From: an uncultured cyanobacterium
GTDB taxonomy: Bacteria; Cyanobacteriota; Cyanobacteriia; Cyanobacteriales; CAWCAG01
Length of the DNA stretch: 64,000 nt
Assembly (NCBI GenBank): GCA_963803805.1
Contig: CAWDOD010000003.1
Span: 384,001-448,000, forward strand
Reading direction: 5' to 3'
The notes beneath the pieces are model-generated. The model had not been told where the DNA came from, made no database searches, and worked only from the letters and a program-made list of their open reading frames with translations. This document shows, piece after piece, positions 51,858 to 63,158 of this stretch. Position 1 is the stretch's first letter; each line of letters opens with the position of its first letter. Position numbers and translations under genes: made by a program.

Positions 51858-52220
51858 ATGAAGCCTTCTCGTAAACAATTAGTTAAACGCCGTCATCAAA
51901 GAATACGTCGTCAAGTTCGCGGCACATCTACTCGCCCTCGGTTAGCTGTTTTTCGCTCTAACCACCATATTTATGCTCAAGTTATCGACGACCAAGCTCA
52001 GCATACTCTAGCTGCTGCCTCTACACTAGACCCAGACTTGAAAAGTAAAATACCTTCTGGGGCAACTTGCGAAGCTTCCTCGGAAGTGGGCAAATTAGTA
52101 GCAGCAAGAGCTAAAGAACAAGGTATCGCAAAAGTGGTTTTTGATAGGGGGGGCAATCTTTATCATGGTAGAGTCAAAGCTCTTGCTGATGCTGCTCGCG
52201 AAGGAGGATTAGATTTTTGA
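51858..52220 (+). CDS. rplR: 50S ribosomal protein L18
   Basis: [24 protein letters not shown] at 51858 preferred over the overlapping start at 51810. Confidence 0.96.
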   Translation: MKPSRKQLVKRRHQRIRRQVRGTSTRPRLAVFRSNHHIYAQVIDDQAQHTLAAASTLDPDLKSKIPSGATCEASSEVGKLVAARAKEQGIAKVVFDRGGNLYHGRVKALADAAREGGLDF

Positions 52221-52285
52221 TTTTTAATAAGTATAAGTCAAAGTGTTTATTTTTCAATTAAAACTCTAAAAAACAAAAAAGCGTC

Positions 52286-52807
52286 ATGGCTAAAGGTAAA
52301 AAAAACAAGCGTGCCAAAGAAAAAGAATCAACTTGGCAAGAAAGGGTAATTCAAATTCGTCGAGTTAGTAAAGTTGTTAAGGGTGGTAAAAAATTAAGCT
52401 TCCGTGCCATCGTTGTAGTTGGCAATGAGAAAGGTCAAGTAGGAGTTGGTGTCGGTAAAGCAAGTGATGTTATTGGTGCTGTCCGTAAAGGAGTTGCCGA
52501 TGGCAAAAAGCAGTTAATTGAAGTTTCTTTAACTAAATCCAATTCCATTACTCACCCAGCAAATGGTATCTCTGGAGGGGCGAAAGTCATAGTACGACCT
52601 GCTGCACCCGGTACTGGTGTAATTGCTGGCGGTGCTGTTCGTACCGTATTAGAACTAGCGGGAGTAAAAAATATCTTAGCTAAACAGTTAGGTTCTAACA
52701 ACCCTTTAAATAATGCTAGGGCAGCTATTAATGCCCTAGATGGTTTGCGAACTTTTTCTGATGTGGCTGAAGAAAGAGGAATCCCCATTGAAAAGCTCTA
52801 TATATAG
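52286..52807 (+). CDS. rpsE: 30S ribosomal protein S5
   Basis: [21 protein letters not shown]. Confidence 0.98.
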   Translation: MAKGKKNKRAKEKESTWQERVIQIRRVSKVVKGGKKLSFRAIVVVGNEKGQVGVGVGKASDVIGAVRKGVADGKKQLIEVSLTKSNSITHPANGISGGAKVIVRPAAPGTGVIAGGAVRTVLELAGVKNILAKQLGSNNPLNNARAAINALDGLRTFSDVAEERGIPIEKLYI

Positions 52808-52844
52808 CTAGATTGCAACAATTGGAAGTTTACAAAAACAAATT

Positions 52845-53289
52845 ATGAGAATTAACGACGCTGTACCTAAAAAAGGTTCTAAAAAAAGGCCCCGCCGCTT
52901 AGGTAGGGGCATTTCCGCAGGACAAGGAGCTAGCTGTGGTAAAGGGATGCGTGGTCAAAAAGCTCGTTCAGGAACAGGAACAAAACCAGGTTTTGAAGGG
53001 GGACAAATGCCCCTTTATCGCCGCATCCCTAAATTAAAGCACTTTACAGTCATTAATCCTCGGCATTACACTACAATCAACGTTAAGAATCTTTCTTCTG
53101 TGGCTGCTAACAGTGAAGTAACTCTTGCCTCTTTATTAGAAAGCGGCATTGTAACTCAAAATGATGGCCCTTCTCAAAATTCTTGGCGATGGAGAATTAA
53201 ATGTTCCTTTACAAGTAAAAGCGGCTGCTTTTACAACTAGCGCACGCCAGAAAATTGAAGCGGCTGGTGGTAGCTGGGAAATTATTTAA
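52845..53289 (+). CDS. rplO: 50S ribosomal protein L15; +1 frameshift near 53166-53172
   Basis: [12 protein letters not shown]. Removing one base gives [35 protein letters not shown], stop at 53289. Confidence 0.95.
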
Positions 53290-53407
53290 AATGGGTCAAA
53301 TATCGGTTAGATAATTGCTAGTAGAGATTAGCTAGCAAAATAATTTTAAAAAAAAGAATTAAAATTATCATAAACCTATCTCTAGTAACCTTAAAAAGTC
53401 AAAATTC

Positions 53408-54724
53408 ATGGTTGTAAGTCGAGATAAAACACCAACAGCCCAAGAGACTTTTATGCAGATGGCTCAAGCAGCCGGCCTCCGTGGGCGGTTGCTAGTTACT
53501 GTTGGTCTGTTGATTTTAGTCCGCTTCGGGGTAAGAGTTCCTGTACCGGGAATCAACCGAACTGCTTTTGAAGAAGGAGTTCGTAATAATGCTGTCTTGG
53601 GATTTTTAGATATCTTCTCTGGAGGTGGTTTTACAGCAGTAGGGATTTTTAGTTTAGGAATTCTACCTTTTATTAATGCCTCCATTATTATGCAGTTGCT
53701 AACAGCAGCTATTCCCTCCTTAGAGAATTTGCAGAAGAATGAAGGAGAAGCAGGAAGGCGCAAAATATCCCAAATAACTCGCTATGTGGCCCTTGGTTGG
53801 GCTATTATTCAAAGTACAGGGTTTACCTTTGGTTTACTGCGAAATTATATAGAGAACGACGCGCTATTGTTTAAGCTAGCTATAGTACTTGCTCTCACCG
53901 CTGGTTCTATGTTCGTTATGTGGGTTTCTGAAGTAATCACAGAAAGAGGTATTGGTAACGGAGCCTCTCTATTGATTTTTGTCAATATTGTCGCTAGTCT
54001 ACCTAAAACATTAGGAGATACAATTCAGTTTGCTCAAAGTGGAGGTCGAGAAGCTGTAGCTCAAGTAGTTATCTTACTACTTGTTTTCTTAGTAATGATT
54101 TTACTGATCGTTTTTGTACAGGAAGGTACACGCCGTATTCCAATTATTTCTGCTCGGCGGCAAGTGGGCAAACGCTTATACAGAGAAAGAAAAAGCTATT
54201 TACCTCTACGTCTTAACCAAGGTGGAGTAATGCCGATTATTTTTGCCACCGCCATACTATTTTTGCCTAACTCTTTGGCACAATTCACCAATATTGAAGC
54301 TTTTGATACTATTGCTAGATACTTAAGTCCTAGAAGCACTGGGGGCATCCCTTGGTTATATGTAGCTGTACTAGGACTTTCTATTGTCTTTTTTAGCTAT
54401 TTTTATGCTTCTTTAATTGTCAACCCTGTAGATATGTCCCAAAACTTAAAAAAGATGGGTTCTAGTATACCTGGTATTCGTCCTGGTAAAGCTACTAGCG
54501 ATTATCTAGAAAAAGTGCTAAATCGTTTGACTTTTTTAGGGGCAATTTTCTTAGGTTTGGTCGCTATTGTACCTATTTTTGTAGAGACAGCTACAGGAGT
54601 AACAACCTTTCAGGGTTTAGGAGCAACTTCTTTATTGATTCTCGTCGGTGTAGCCATAGACACAGCAAAGCAAATCCAAACCTATGTAATTTCCCAAAGG
54701 TATGAAGGCATGGTCAAGCAGTAA
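53408..54724 (+). CDS. secY: Preprotein translocase subunit SecY
   Basis: LGILPFINASII, GIGNGASL, GVMPIIFA, IPGIRPG. Confidence 0.98.
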   Translation: MVVSRDKTPTAQETFMQMAQAAGLRGRLLVTVGLLILVRFGVRVPVPGINRTAFEEGVRNNAVLGFLDIFSGGGFTAVGIFSLGILPFINASIIMQLLTAAIPSLENLQKNEGEAGRRKISQITRYVALGWAIIQSTGFTFGLLRNYIENDALLFKLAIVLALTAGSMFVMWVSEVITERGIGNGASLLIFVNIVASLPKTLGDTIQFAQSGGREAVAQVVILLLVFLVMILLIVFVQEGTRRIPIISARRQVGKRLYRERKSYLPLRLNQGGVMPIIFATAILFLPNSLAQFTNIEAFDTIARYLSPRSTGGIPWLYVAVLGLSIVFFSYFYASLIVNPVDMSQNLKKMGSSIPGIRPGKATSDYLEKVLNRLTFLGAIFLGLVAIVPIFVETATGVTTFQGLGATSLLILVGVAIDTAKQIQTYVISQRYEGMVKQ

Positions 54725-54749
54725 GCTTTTAACCTAGTTAGGATAGCAA

Positions 54750-55310
54750 ATGACAAGTTCAAGAATTGTTTTTTTAGGCCCTCCAGGGGCAGGAAAAGGG
54801 ACTCAAGCTCAAAAATTAGCAGATTTGTTGGGCATTCCCCATATTTCTACAGGTGAAATTCTACGAGGGGCCATCAAGAAAAACACTACTTTAGGAAAAA
54901 AAGCTCAAAGTTATGTAGATAGAGGAGAGCTAGTTCCCGATGAATTAATTCTCGATTTAATCAAAGAACGGTTGAATCAAGCAGATGCGAGTCAGGGGTG
55001 GATTTTAGATGGCTTTCCTCGGAATGTTGAACAAGCTGAGTTTTTAGATAATTTGCTAGATGAATTACAACAGTCTGCTAGTCATGTAGTTAATCTAGAA
55101 GTCCCGGAAGCAGAACTAATTACTCGTCTTCTACAAAGGGGGCGTAGGGACGATACAGAAGAAACTATTCGCCGTCGCCTAGAAGTTTATCAAGAAGAAA
55201 CTGCTCCAGTACTTGATTATTATCACACTCGTCATAGTCTTAAGTCAGTGGATGGCAATCTTTTACCAGAAGAAGTGACCAAATCCTTAGAAAAGATAGT
55301 TACTTCATAG
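54750..55310 (+). CDS. adk: Adenylate kinase (short, no LID insertion)
   Basis: GPPGAGKGTQ, HISTG, LDGFPR. Confidence 0.97.
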   Translation: MTSSRIVFLGPPGAGKGTQAQKLADLLGIPHISTGEILRGAIKKNTTLGKKAQSYVDRGELVPDELILDLIKERLNQADASQGWILDGFPRNVEQAEFLDNLLDELQQSASHVVNLEVPEAELITRLLQRGRRDDTEETIRRRLEVYQEETAPVLDYYHTRHSLKSVDGNLLPEEVTKSLEKIVTS

Positions 55311-55477
55311 AAAATCAACTTCAAGAAAATTTAATCCTGATTATTAGAAATAGTTTTGTAGAAACTAAGCTAAACAGCCCAAGAGCAAATTTAATAAATA
55401 GGTATTTAAATCACCTTTTATTGTTTTAAGTTACATCAAACAGATGACCTATTGATAACAACTGAGGTATTTATAAA

Positions 55478-55702
55478 TTGGCTAAGCAAGATTTAATTGA
55501 GATGGAAGGCACAGTAACAGAATCTTTGCCTAATGCCATGTTTCGAGTCGATCTAGACAATGGTTTCAATATCCTAGCCCATATTTCTGGCAAAATCCGC
55601 CGTAACTATATCAAGATTTTACCTGGGGATAGGGTCAAAGTAGAGCTTACTCCCTACGACCTTACTAAAGGTAGAATCACTTATCGTTTGCGTAAGAAGT
55701 AA
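55478..55702 (+). CDS. infA: Translation initiation factor IF-1
   Basis: [18 protein letters not shown] start after GAGG. Confidence 0.97.
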   Translation: MAKQDLIEMEGTVTESLPNAMFRVDLDNGFNILAHISGKIRRNYIKILPGDRVKVELTPYDLTKGRITYRLRKK

Positions 55703-55794
55703 ACGGTAGCCAACAAATAATCAGCAATAGTTGAAACTAATTGTAAATAAATAGGGTAAATCCAACTATAGACTTACAAAAATAAGTCAATGAT

Positions 55795-55803
55795 TGCTAT
55801 AAT
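55795..55803 (+). promoter_or_regulatory. Extended -10 promoter upstream of rpmJ
   Basis: TG-C-TATAAT about 30 nt before the rpmJ ATG. Confidence 0.55.
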
Positions 55804-55833
55804 AGTAAGCTTGCAGTATGGCCAAAAAGAGGC

Positions 55834-55947
55834 ATGAAAGTTAGAGCATCAGTAAAAAAAATGTGTGAAAAATGTCGCGTTATTCGTCGTCGTGGCAGAG
55901 TGATGGTGATTTGTACTAATCCCAAGCACAAACAGCGTCAAGGTTAA
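55834..55947 (+). CDS. rpmJ: 50S ribosomal protein L36 (not in ORF track; 37 aa)
   Basis: Manual translation [37 protein letters not shown]. Confidence 0.97.
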   Translation: MKVRASVKKMCEKCRVIRRRGRVMVICTNPKHKQRQG

Positions 55948-56037
55948 CTAGCTTAAAATTGGTTAAGTAATTCATTTTTAAGTTTTGAAGAATAATAAAG
56001 ATTAGTAGTAAAAGTGACAAATTAGGGAGAAGAAAGT

Positions 56038-56421
56038 GTGGCTAGGATTAGCGGTGTAGACCTTCCGCGCGATAAGCGAATAGAGATAGGTTTAACCTAC
56101 ATTTTTGGCATTGGATTATCTCGTTCCCAAGAGATTTTAGCAAATACAGGAATTGATCCAGATAAAAGAGTTAAAGATTTAACTGACGAAGAAGCAGCAA
56201 AATTGCGCTCTTATGTAGAAAGCAACTACCAAGTCGAAGGTGACTTGAGACGTTGGGAATCTATGAATATCAAACGTCTGGTTGACATTGGTGCATATAG
56301 AGGGCGGCGGCATCGCCAAGGGCTACCTGTTAGAGGGCAACGTACTCGTACTAACGGCAGAACAAGGCGCGGAAGGCGACTAACTGTTGCTGGTAAGAAA
56401 AAAGCTCCTGGTAAAAAATAG
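56038..56421 (+). CDS. rpsM: 30S ribosomal protein S13
   Basis: [20 protein letters not shown]. Confidence 0.98.
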   Translation: MARISGVDLPRDKRIEIGLTYIFGIGLSRSQEILANTGIDPDKRVKDLTDEEAAKLRSYVESNYQVEGDLRRWESMNIKRLVDIGAYRGRRHRQGLPVRGQRTRTNGRTRRGRRLTVAGKKKAPGKK

Positions 56422-56497
56422 ATAGTTTGTATTTGTTTTTCCTTAACCTATTCCTTCATTCAAACTCAATATCAAGTTAGCAAGTTCAGTAAGTAAT

Positions 56498-56890
56498 ATG
56501 GCTCGACCAACAAAGAAAAGTGGCGCTAAAAAACAAAAGCGTAACATTCCCAGTGGTATTGCCCACATTCATTCTACTTTCAACAATACCATAGTCACAA
56601 TTTCGGATACTCGTGGAGATGCAGTTTCTTGGGCTTCTGCTGGTTCGAGCGGTTTCAAAGGGGCTAAAAAAGGTACTCCCTTTGCTGCTCAAACCGCAGC
56701 AGATAGTGCTGCTCGGCGGGCAATGGAACAGGGAATGCGCCAATTGGAAGTAATGGTCAGCGGGCCAGGTGCAGGAAGAGAAACAGCCATCCGCGCTTTG
56801 CAAGGAGCAGGATTAGAAATTACTCTGATTCGGGATGTCACACCAATTCCTCACAATGGCTGTCGTCCCCCCAAGCGGCGTAGAGTTTAG
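56498..56890 (+). CDS. rpsK: 30S ribosomal protein S11
   Basis: [20 protein letters not shown]. Confidence 0.98.
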   Translation: MARPTKKSGAKKQKRNIPSGIAHIHSTFNNTIVTISDTRGDAVSWASAGSSGFKGAKKGTPFAAQTAADSAARRAMEQGMRQLEVMVSGPGAGRETAIRALQGAGLEITLIRDVTPIPHNGCRPPKRRRV

Positions 56891-56967
56891 TCTCGATTCA
56901 TCCCCTAGTAAAAAAGACAAAACAACACCGCGAAACATGACAAAGGACAAAAAAGGGAGGTTACTCT

Positions 56968-57909
56968 GTGGCGCAGTTTAGTATTGATCCAGTAGAGTCT
57001 AAGACCCATAAAAATCAGAGCCAGTATAGCCAGTTTGTCATAGAGCCTCTAGAACGCGGTCAAGGGACAACTGTTGGCAACGCCCTGCGTCGGGTGTTAC
57101 TCTCCAACTTAGAAGGAACAGCGGTAACGGCTGTACGAATTGCTGGAGTAAGCCACGAATTTGCAACTCTTGAAGGTGTAAGGGAAGACGTTCTAGAAAT
57201 TCTTTTGAATATGAAAGAAATTGTCTTCAGAAGCCATACTTCTGCACCCCAAATAGCACGCCTTGTCGCTACAGGACCAGCAACAGTAATCGCAGCTCAG
57301 TTCGACCTACCTTCAGAAATAGAAATCGTCGATCCGAATCAGTACGTGGCTACTCTTGCAGAAGGGGCCAAACTGGAAATGGAATTTCGTCTAGAAAGAG
57401 GAAAAGGCTATCGGGCTGTACAAAGGGGAAGAGATGAAGCAACTTCATTAGATTTCCTGCAAATTGATGCTGTCTTCATGCCTGTAAGCAAAGTTAATTA
57501 CAGCGTAGAGGATATTCATACAGATGGTACTGTTGCTAAAGACAGGCTGATTATGGATATCTGGACTAATGGTAGCTTGAAGCCGGAAGAAGCGCTGTCT
57601 CAAGCTGCTGGAATTGTTGTAGATCTCTTTAGTCCCATTCAGGATCTCAACATTCAAGAGAAGCCTGAAGATTACCAGGAGGACGAAGATCCTACTAGCC
57701 AAATTCCTATTGAGGAATTACAACTTTCGGTACGAGCTTACAACTGTTTGAAGCGCGCTCAAATTAATTCAGTGGCAGATTTACTCGATTACTCTCAAGA
57801 AGACCTGTTGGAAATCAAAAACTTTGGTCAGAAATCTGCCGAAGAAGTTATTGAAGCCTTGCAGCAACGCTTGGGAATTACTTTACCCCAAGAGAAATCA
57901 AAAGTTTAG
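56968..57909 (+). CDS. rpoA: RNA polymerase alpha subunit
   Basis: PLERGQGTTVGNALRRVLLS, LSVRAYNCLKR. Confidence 0.98.
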   Translation: MAQFSIDPVESKTHKNQSQYSQFVIEPLERGQGTTVGNALRRVLLSNLEGTAVTAVRIAGVSHEFATLEGVREDVLEILLNMKEIVFRSHTSAPQIARLVATGPATVIAAQFDLPSEIEIVDPNQYVATLAEGAKLEMEFRLERGKGYRAVQRGRDEATSLDFLQIDAVFMPVSKVNYSVEDIHTDGTVAKDRLIMDIWTNGSLKPEEALSQAAGIVVDLFSPIQDLNIQEKPEDYQEDEDPTSQIPIEELQLSVRAYNCLKRAQINSVADLLDYSQEDLLEIKNFGQKSAEEVIEALQQRLGITLPQEKSKV

Positions 57910-58011
57910 TTGAGTTAGATAGTTGGTAAGTTTTTTTGATTATAAAGCTAACAAGGGATAACTTACCAACTACCTCAGTAGATAATTCGTACTTAATTAT
58001 GGAGGAACAAA

Positions 58012-58362
58012 ATGCGTCACCGCTGTCGAGTACCAGAACTAGGTTTACCCGCAGATCAGCGTAAAGCTTTATTGAGGGCTTTAGCTACCCAATTAATTCG
58101 TCATGGGCAAATCAAAACTACCAAAACCCGCGCCCGGGCAGTGCGCCCTAAAGTAGAGAAAATGATTACTTTAGCTAAGGATGGTTCTTTAGCTTCCCGT
58201 CGTCAGGCTATGGCTTTTCTTTATGATAAAAAATTAGTCCATGCTTTGTTTGAACAAGCTCAAGAACGCTACGGAAGTCGTAATGGCGGTTATACCCGCA
58301 TTTCTCGTACCATAAAAAGGCGCGGAGATAATGCAGAAATGGCTATTATAGAATTAGTCTGA
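58012..58362 (+). CDS. rplQ: 50S ribosomal protein L17
   Basis: [21 protein letters not shown]. Confidence 0.98.
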   Translation: MRHRCRVPELGLPADQRKALLRALATQLIRHGQIKTTKTRARAVRPKVEKMITLAKDGSLASRRQAMAFLYDKKLVHALFEQAQERYGSRNGGYTRISRTIKRRGDNAEMAIIELV

Positions 58363-58375
58363 GGTCTTAAATAAT

Positions 58376-59191
58376 TTGAGAGACCAGAAACAGCGTATTG
58401 CTCTAGTTATTCAGTATGTAGGTACTCATTTCCACGGTTGGCAAAGGCAGCCCAACCAAAGAACAGTCCAAGCAGAAATAGAGCAGGCGATCGCCAAAGT
58501 TTGCCAGAGACAGGTAAACTTACATGGGGCAGGGCGTACAGATGCAGGAGTTCATGCTGCGGCTCAAGTAGCTCATTTTGAGGTTACTAGTCCTATTCCT
58601 GCTGTGAGGTGGGCGAAGCTTCTTAATAGCCTTTTACCTGATGATTTACTGATTAGAGCTTCTGCTTTAGTAGATCCTAACTGGCACGCTCGTTTTTCAG
58701 CGATCTGGCGACGCTATCGCTATACTTTTTATACAGGTGAGCAACCTAACCTTTTTGTGCAACCCTTCTGCTGGCACTACTACCACAATCAACTAGAGGC
58801 ATCTTTACTAAGCAAGGCACTCAAACCATTAATTGGCCGTCATCACCTCGCAGCTTTTAGGAGGGCAGGTTCTCAAAGAACTCATTCTTGGGTGGAGGTT
58901 CAAGGGGCGCAGTGTTATCGTAGAGGGCCTTTTATCCAACTAGAAATCCAGGCTAATGGCTTTCTCTATGGCATGGTGAGATTATTAGTAGGGATGTTAG
59001 TTGAAGTGGGAACAGGCAAGCGATCGCCAGAGAGTTTTACAGAAATTTGGGTAAATCAAAACAGAGAAGAAGTTAAATATTCAGCCCCAGCAAAAGGACT
59101 ATGCTTGTTGAGAGTTGGTTATCCGGATTTTCCTTTCTCCCGTGATATTTGGTTTGATAGTCAACCTCAATTCTTATTATCGAACTATTAA
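58376..59191 (+). CDS. truA: tRNA pseudouridine(38-40) synthase
   Basis: FHGWQRQ, AGRTDAGVHA, FLYGMVR. Confidence 0.96.
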   Translation: MRDQKQRIALVIQYVGTHFHGWQRQPNQRTVQAEIEQAIAKVCQRQVNLHGAGRTDAGVHAAAQVAHFEVTSPIPAVRWAKLLNSLLPDDLLIRASALVDPNWHARFSAIWRRYRYTFYTGEQPNLFVQPFCWHYYHNQLEASLLSKALKPLIGRHHLAAFRRAGSQRTHSWVEVQGAQCYRRGPFIQLEIQANGFLYGMVRLLVGMLVEVGTGKRSPESFTEIWVNQNREEVKYSAPAKGLCLLRVGYPDFPFSRDIWFDSQPQFLLSNY

Positions 59192-59278
59192 TAAAACTTT
59201 GTTTATAGTTCGAGATTATTAGATAATAGTTAATTGCTGATTATTTCTTAAACCGAACCACTTAAATATTACAGATAA

Positions 59279-59728
59279 ATGATTAAGACACCGTTACCAA
59301 ATAAAGAAACTCTAGAGCAAAAATGGTATATCGTTGATGCTGCTGACCAGCGTTTAGGAAGATTAGCAACAGAAATTGCTAGCATTTTGCGGGGTAAAAA
59401 CAAGCCTACTTTTACTCCCCATATGGATACTGGGGATTTTGTGGTGGTAATCAACGCTGAGAAAGTTATTGTTACTGGTAAAAAAAGTACTCAAAAACTT
59501 TACCACCGACATTCAGGAAGACCGGGGGGAATGAAAGTAGAAACCTTTGAAAACTTACAAAATCGCATTCCTGAAAGGATTATCGAAAAGGCTGTAAAGG
59601 GAATGTTGCCAAAAAATGCTTTAGGTCGAAAACTTTTTACTAAGTTAAAAGTTTATCCTGGCCCCAAGCACCCTCATCAAGCCCAAACACCTGAAAATTT
59701 GCAAATTAATACGATTCCAAGGAGATAA
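59279..59728 (+). CDS. rplM: 50S ribosomal protein L13
   Basis: [20 protein letters not shown]. Confidence 0.98.
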   Translation: MIKTPLPNKETLEQKWYIVDAADQRLGRLATEIASILRGKNKPTFTPHMDTGDFVVVINAEKVIVTGKKSTQKLYHRHSGRPGGMKVETFENLQNRIPERIIEKAVKGMLPKNALGRKLFTKLKVYPGPKHPHQAQTPENLQINTIPRR

Positions 59729-59731
59729 GTA

Positions 59732-60142
59732 ATGCCTGAAGAACAAAATGATCGAGCAGTATACTGGGGAACTGGTCGTCGTAAACGCTCTATAGCCAGA
59801 GTGCGCCTAGTTCCTGGCAATGGTCAACTTAAGGTTAATGGTAAAGAAGGTAACATTTACTTTAACCAAAACCCTAGTTACATCGCCGCAGCTAAAGCCC
59901 CTTTAGAAACTTTAGGTTTGGAAAACGAGTACGATATTTTGGTTAATGCCCACGGAGGTGGACTAACAGGTCAGTCTGATGCTGTTAAACTAGGAGTAGC
60001 TAGAGCGCTTTGTGAACTTGACCCAGATAATCGCCAACCTCTGAAAACTGAAGGGTATTTGACTCGTGATCCTAGAGCCAAAGAGCGTAAGAAATATGGT
60101 TTACATAAAGCCAGAAAAGCCCCTCAATACTCTAAGCGATAA
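59732..60142 (+). CDS. rpsI: 30S ribosomal protein S9
   Basis: [21 protein letters not shown]. Confidence 0.98.
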   Translation: MPEEQNDRAVYWGTGRRKRSIARVRLVPGNGQLKVNGKEGNIYFNQNPSYIAAAKAPLETLGLENEYDILVNAHGGGLTGQSDAVKLGVARALCELDPDNRQPLKTEGYLTRDPRAKERKKYGLHKARKAPQYSKR

Positions 60143-60166
60143 TTAATTAAGGGAAAGAAAAAGAAA

Positions 60167-60403
60167 ATGCCTAAACCAGATATCCATCCTGAATGGTATC
60201 CTGATGCCAAAGTTTATTGTAACGGCGAATTAGTTATGACTGTTGGCTCTACCAAGCCAGAAATTAGTGTTGAGGTTTGGTCGGGAAATCACCCCTTTTA
60301 TACCGGAACTCAGAAAATTATCGATACAGAAGGGCGTGTCGAGCGTTTTATGCGTAAATATGGGATGCTTTCCGGCGAAGAGTCTCAGTCTGACGAAAAA
60401 TAG
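60167..60403 (+). CDS. rpmE: 50S ribosomal protein L31
   Basis: DIHPEWY, NHPFYTG, GRVERF. Confidence 0.97.
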   Translation: MPKPDIHPEWYPDAKVYCNGELVMTVGSTKPEISVEVWSGNHPFYTGTQKIIDTEGRVERFMRKYGMLSGEESQSDEK

Positions 60404-60421
60404 CTACCTATTCAAATTTTG

Positions 60422-60450
60422 TTAACCCAGTAGATAATCTGCTGGGTTAA
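60422..60450 (+). terminator. Hairpin after rpmE (terminator or processing site before prfA)
   Basis: TTAACCCAGTAGA-TAA-TCTGCTGGGTTAA. Confidence 0.6.
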
Positions 60451-60501
60451 TTGCATTTAAGGGACTAAACAAAAACGCTATTTTTTAAAGGAGTAATTAT
60501 C

Positions 60502-61611
60502 ATGGCTGAGTCTTATTTATTAGACAAACTGAAATCTGTAGAACAAACCTTTGCTGAATTAACTCGGCGTTTAGCAGATCCAGATATTGCGACTAATCCA
60601 AATGAACTGCAAAAGGTAGCTAAAGCGCGTTCTTCCCTAGAAGAAACAGTTAATACCTATGTCGCATGGAAGTCTACTCAAGAAGAATTGGCAGGGGCAA
60701 AGGAAGTTCAAAAAGAAGCCAACAGCGAACCAGAGTTGCAGGAAATGGCAGCTTTGGAAGTGGCAGAGTTACAGGAAAAGTCTCTTGAGTTAGAAAATCG
60801 TCTCAAGGTTTTGCTTTTACCCAGAGATCCTAACGATGATAAAAACATTATGTTAGAAATTAGGGCGGGAACTGGGGGAGATGAGGCCAGTATTTGGGCT
60901 GGGGATTTGGTGCGTTTATACTCTCGCTATGGAGAGAGTCAGGGGTGGCGAGTCAAATTACTGAGTGAATCTACTGCTGATATGGGTGGTTTTAAAGAAG
61001 CTATCCTAGAAATTAAAGGGGAACAAGTCTACAGTCAGTTGAAATTTGAAGCGGGAGTTCATCGAGTACAAAGAGTCCCAACTACAGAGGCAGGAGGAAG
61101 AGTACATACTTCCACAGCTACTGTGGCAGTGATGCCGGAGGTGGATGACGTGGAGGTAAAAATCGATCCTAAAGATATTGAGATGTCTACTGCTCGTTCT
61201 GGTGGGGCCGGGGGACAAAATGTTAACAAGGTAGAAACTGCTGTAGATTTAATCCACAAACCTACAGGTATTCGGATCTTTTGTACTGAGGAGCGATCGC
61301 AACTACAAAACCGTGAACGGGCAATGCAGATTCTCAGGGCTAAACTTTATGAGATCAAGTTACAGGAACAAAAAGCTGCGGTTACTTCTATGAGGCGTTC
61401 TCAAGTAGGTACAGGAGCGCGTTCGGAAAAAATTCGTACCTATAATTACAAAGACAACCGTATTACAGATCATCGCTTGGGGCAGAATTTTAGTTTAGCC
61501 CCTGCCTTGGAAGGAGATGTGGAACATATCATCCAAGCTTGTATTTCTCAAGATCAGCAAGAACGTTTAGAAGAACTCGCTCGTTCTTCTAGTATGGCGG
61601 AAGTTGTTTAA
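60502..61611 (+). CDS. prfA: Peptide chain release factor 1
   Basis: PTT (PxT) anticodon-mimic motif, [17 protein letters not shown]. Confidence 0.97.
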   Translation: MAESYLLDKLKSVEQTFAELTRRLADPDIATNPNELQKVAKARSSLEETVNTYVAWKSTQEELAGAKEVQKEANSEPELQEMAALEVAELQEKSLELENRLKVLLLPRDPNDDKNIMLEIRAGTGGDEASIWAGDLVRLYSRYGESQGWRVKLLSESTADMGGFKEAILEIKGEQVYSQLKFEAGVHRVQRVPTTEAGGRVHTSTATVAVMPEVDDVEVKIDPKDIEMSTARSGGAGGQNVNKVETAVDLIHKPTGIRIFCTEERSQLQNRERAMQILRAKLYEIKLQEQKAAVTSMRRSQVGTGARSEKIRTYNYKDNRITDHRLGQNFSLAPALEGDVEHIIQACISQDQQERLEELARSSSMAEVV

Positions 61612-62681
61612 TAATTTTCTGGCGCTTCTCGGACAAAAGCTAAATGAGGTCTTGCTTTGCCGCTAGTTAAGCTTAACCAGGCTAGCCCTTCTGTTGTACC
61701 GATCCAAAGTTTGTTACCTGAGTCTGGGGCTAAGGACATAATTTGGTCGGAAGGGAGGTTAGTGACGACTCCTAAAGAAGCACCACTATCAGCTTTGATC
61801 TTTAAAAGACCAGTGGTTGTACCTACCCAAACCGTACCGTCTTTAGCAAAACTTACTTTAGTAACATTTAGGCCTCTCAAAGGAGTTACTGAACGTTCAA
61901 TGCGCTGAGTTTCTGGGTCAATTACTAATAAACTATTAGGGGTTCCTACCCAAAGTTTGCCGTCTTTAGGATTGGTAGTGATGGTTTGGACTACACCACC
62001 TGGTAGATCAGCAATGCGTCCGACAGGGAAAGCACTACCTGTATTTACTTTGACTAGTCCTTGGAGTGTTCCTACCCAAAGTTGACCTTTTTTATCTAAG
62101 GTTAAGGCATTGGCGCTTACCCCTGGTAACTCTTGTAGGGTTGTCATTTGCAATCCCTTATCAGGACTAACTAAAGTTAAACCGCGATCGCCTCCTACCC
62201 ACAAAAATCCTCTTTGATCAATTAACAAAGAGAGTATTTTTTGAGAAGGTAAAGAAACACTATCTACAGTGACAGAGTTTAACTTAGAATCTACTCTTAG
62301 TAAGCCTTGGTGGGTTCCTACCCATACCCTTCCTACTTTATCTTGAGCTAAAGCACCAATTTTGTAGTTAGGTAAACTAATTCTGCTAATTATTGCCCCG
62401 GTGTTAGGGTTGATACGAGCTAAGCCTAGCCATGAACCTACCCAAAGATCCCCTGTGTAATGGCTTTGTAAGGCCGTAACTCGAAAATCCTTTTCTGAGC
62501 GCTCTACATCTTGCCTAATACGTTGAGGAGGCAAAGGCTCTATTCTGGCTGGAGGAGGTTCTTCTTCATACTCTCCAGTTGGTAGATTATTTCCGTCGGG
62601 AGTTTGCCCCCAAACAGGCATCGGTAAGCTTAAAGCTACCCCACTGAGGACAAAACCGATACAGGCTGATTTCCAGTACAT
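61608..62681 (-). CDS. Exported beta-propeller protein (two-component regulator propeller-like repeats)
   Basis: Signal peptide; about 7 repeats of DxxGxLWVGT.xGL. Confidence 0.8.
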   Translation of the reverse strand: MYWKSACIGFVLSGVALSLPMPVWGQTPDGNNLPTGEYEEEPPPARIEPLPPQRIRQDVERSEKDFRVTALQSHYTGDLWVGSWLGLARINPNTGAIISRISLPNYKIGALAQDKVGRVWVGTHQGLLRVDSKLNSVTVDSVSLPSQKILSLLIDQRGFLWVGGDRGLTLVSPDKGLQMTTLQELPGVSANALTLDKKGQLWVGTLQGLVKVNTGSAFPVGRIADLPGGVVQTITTNPKDGKLWVGTPNSLLVIDPETQRIERSVTPLRGLNVTKVSFAKDGTVWVGTTTGLLKIKADSGASLGVVTNLPSDQIMSLAPDSGNKLWIGTTEGLAWLSLTSGKARPHLAFVREAPENY

Positions 62682-62736
62682 TTATTGACAATTTTTGCTT
62701 TACTGCGCCTATTTTAGGCCATTTGCCCAAAATCAA

Positions 62737-62761
62737 GGCAGATACCTACGAGATACCTGCC
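62737..62761 (-). terminator. Putative petF terminator hairpin
   Basis: Minus strand GGCAGGTATCT-CGT-AGGTATCTGCC followed by TTGATTTT. Confidence 0.55.
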
Positions 62762-62858
62762 ATAAACTTTATCTAATTTTAGTCGGTGGTAATTTAAACG
62801 TAACTTCTGAGAATTGCTTAGAAGTCAAGAATAAACTTTCCCAAATTAAATCAGTTTT

Positions 62859-63158
62859 TTAATATAGCTCTTCTTCTTGATGAGTTGTGATTGTGCAGTC
62901 AGAAGTAGGATAAGCAACACAAGTAAGAACGTAACCTGCTTCGATTTGATCGTCATCTAAGAAAGACTGGTCAGACTGATCGATAGTACCGGATTTTACT
63001 TTACCTGCACAGGTAGAACAAGCACCAGCACGGCAGGAATAAGGTAAGTCAATACCTTGTTCTTCTGCTGCATCAAGAATATATTCATCATCAGGAACTT
63101 CGATAGTTTCGTTAATTCCTTCTTCTTCATTTACTAAAGTAACTTTGAAAGTGGCCAT
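62859..63158 (-). CDS. petF: Plant-type [2Fe-2S] ferredoxin I
   Basis: [14 protein letters not shown]...[18 protein letters not shown]. Confidence 0.97.
   Translation of the reverse strand: MATFKVTLVNEEEGINETIEVPDDEYILDAAEEQGIDLPYSCRAGACSTCAGKVKSGTIDQSDQSFLDDDQIEAGYVLTCVAYPTSDCTITTHQEEELY

Noticed and set aside
180-53289. GHL10, pdxH, ndhN and rplO as true pseudogenes or programmed frameshifts
   Set aside because: Each has a single +1 base with otherwise intact sequence on both sides, no slippery heptamer, and a methylation-motif context; an artefact is more likely.
44447-58362. Absence of rpsJ, rpsN, rpmD and rpsD from the superoperon
   Set aside because: This is the normal cyanobacterial arrangement: rpsJ, rpsN and rpsD lie elsewhere and L30 is generally absent.
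60167-60403. Zinc-free L31 as a zinc-starvation paralogue
   Set aside because: It sits in the core rplM-rpsI-rpmE-prfA position and the Cys-poor form is usual in cyanobacteria.
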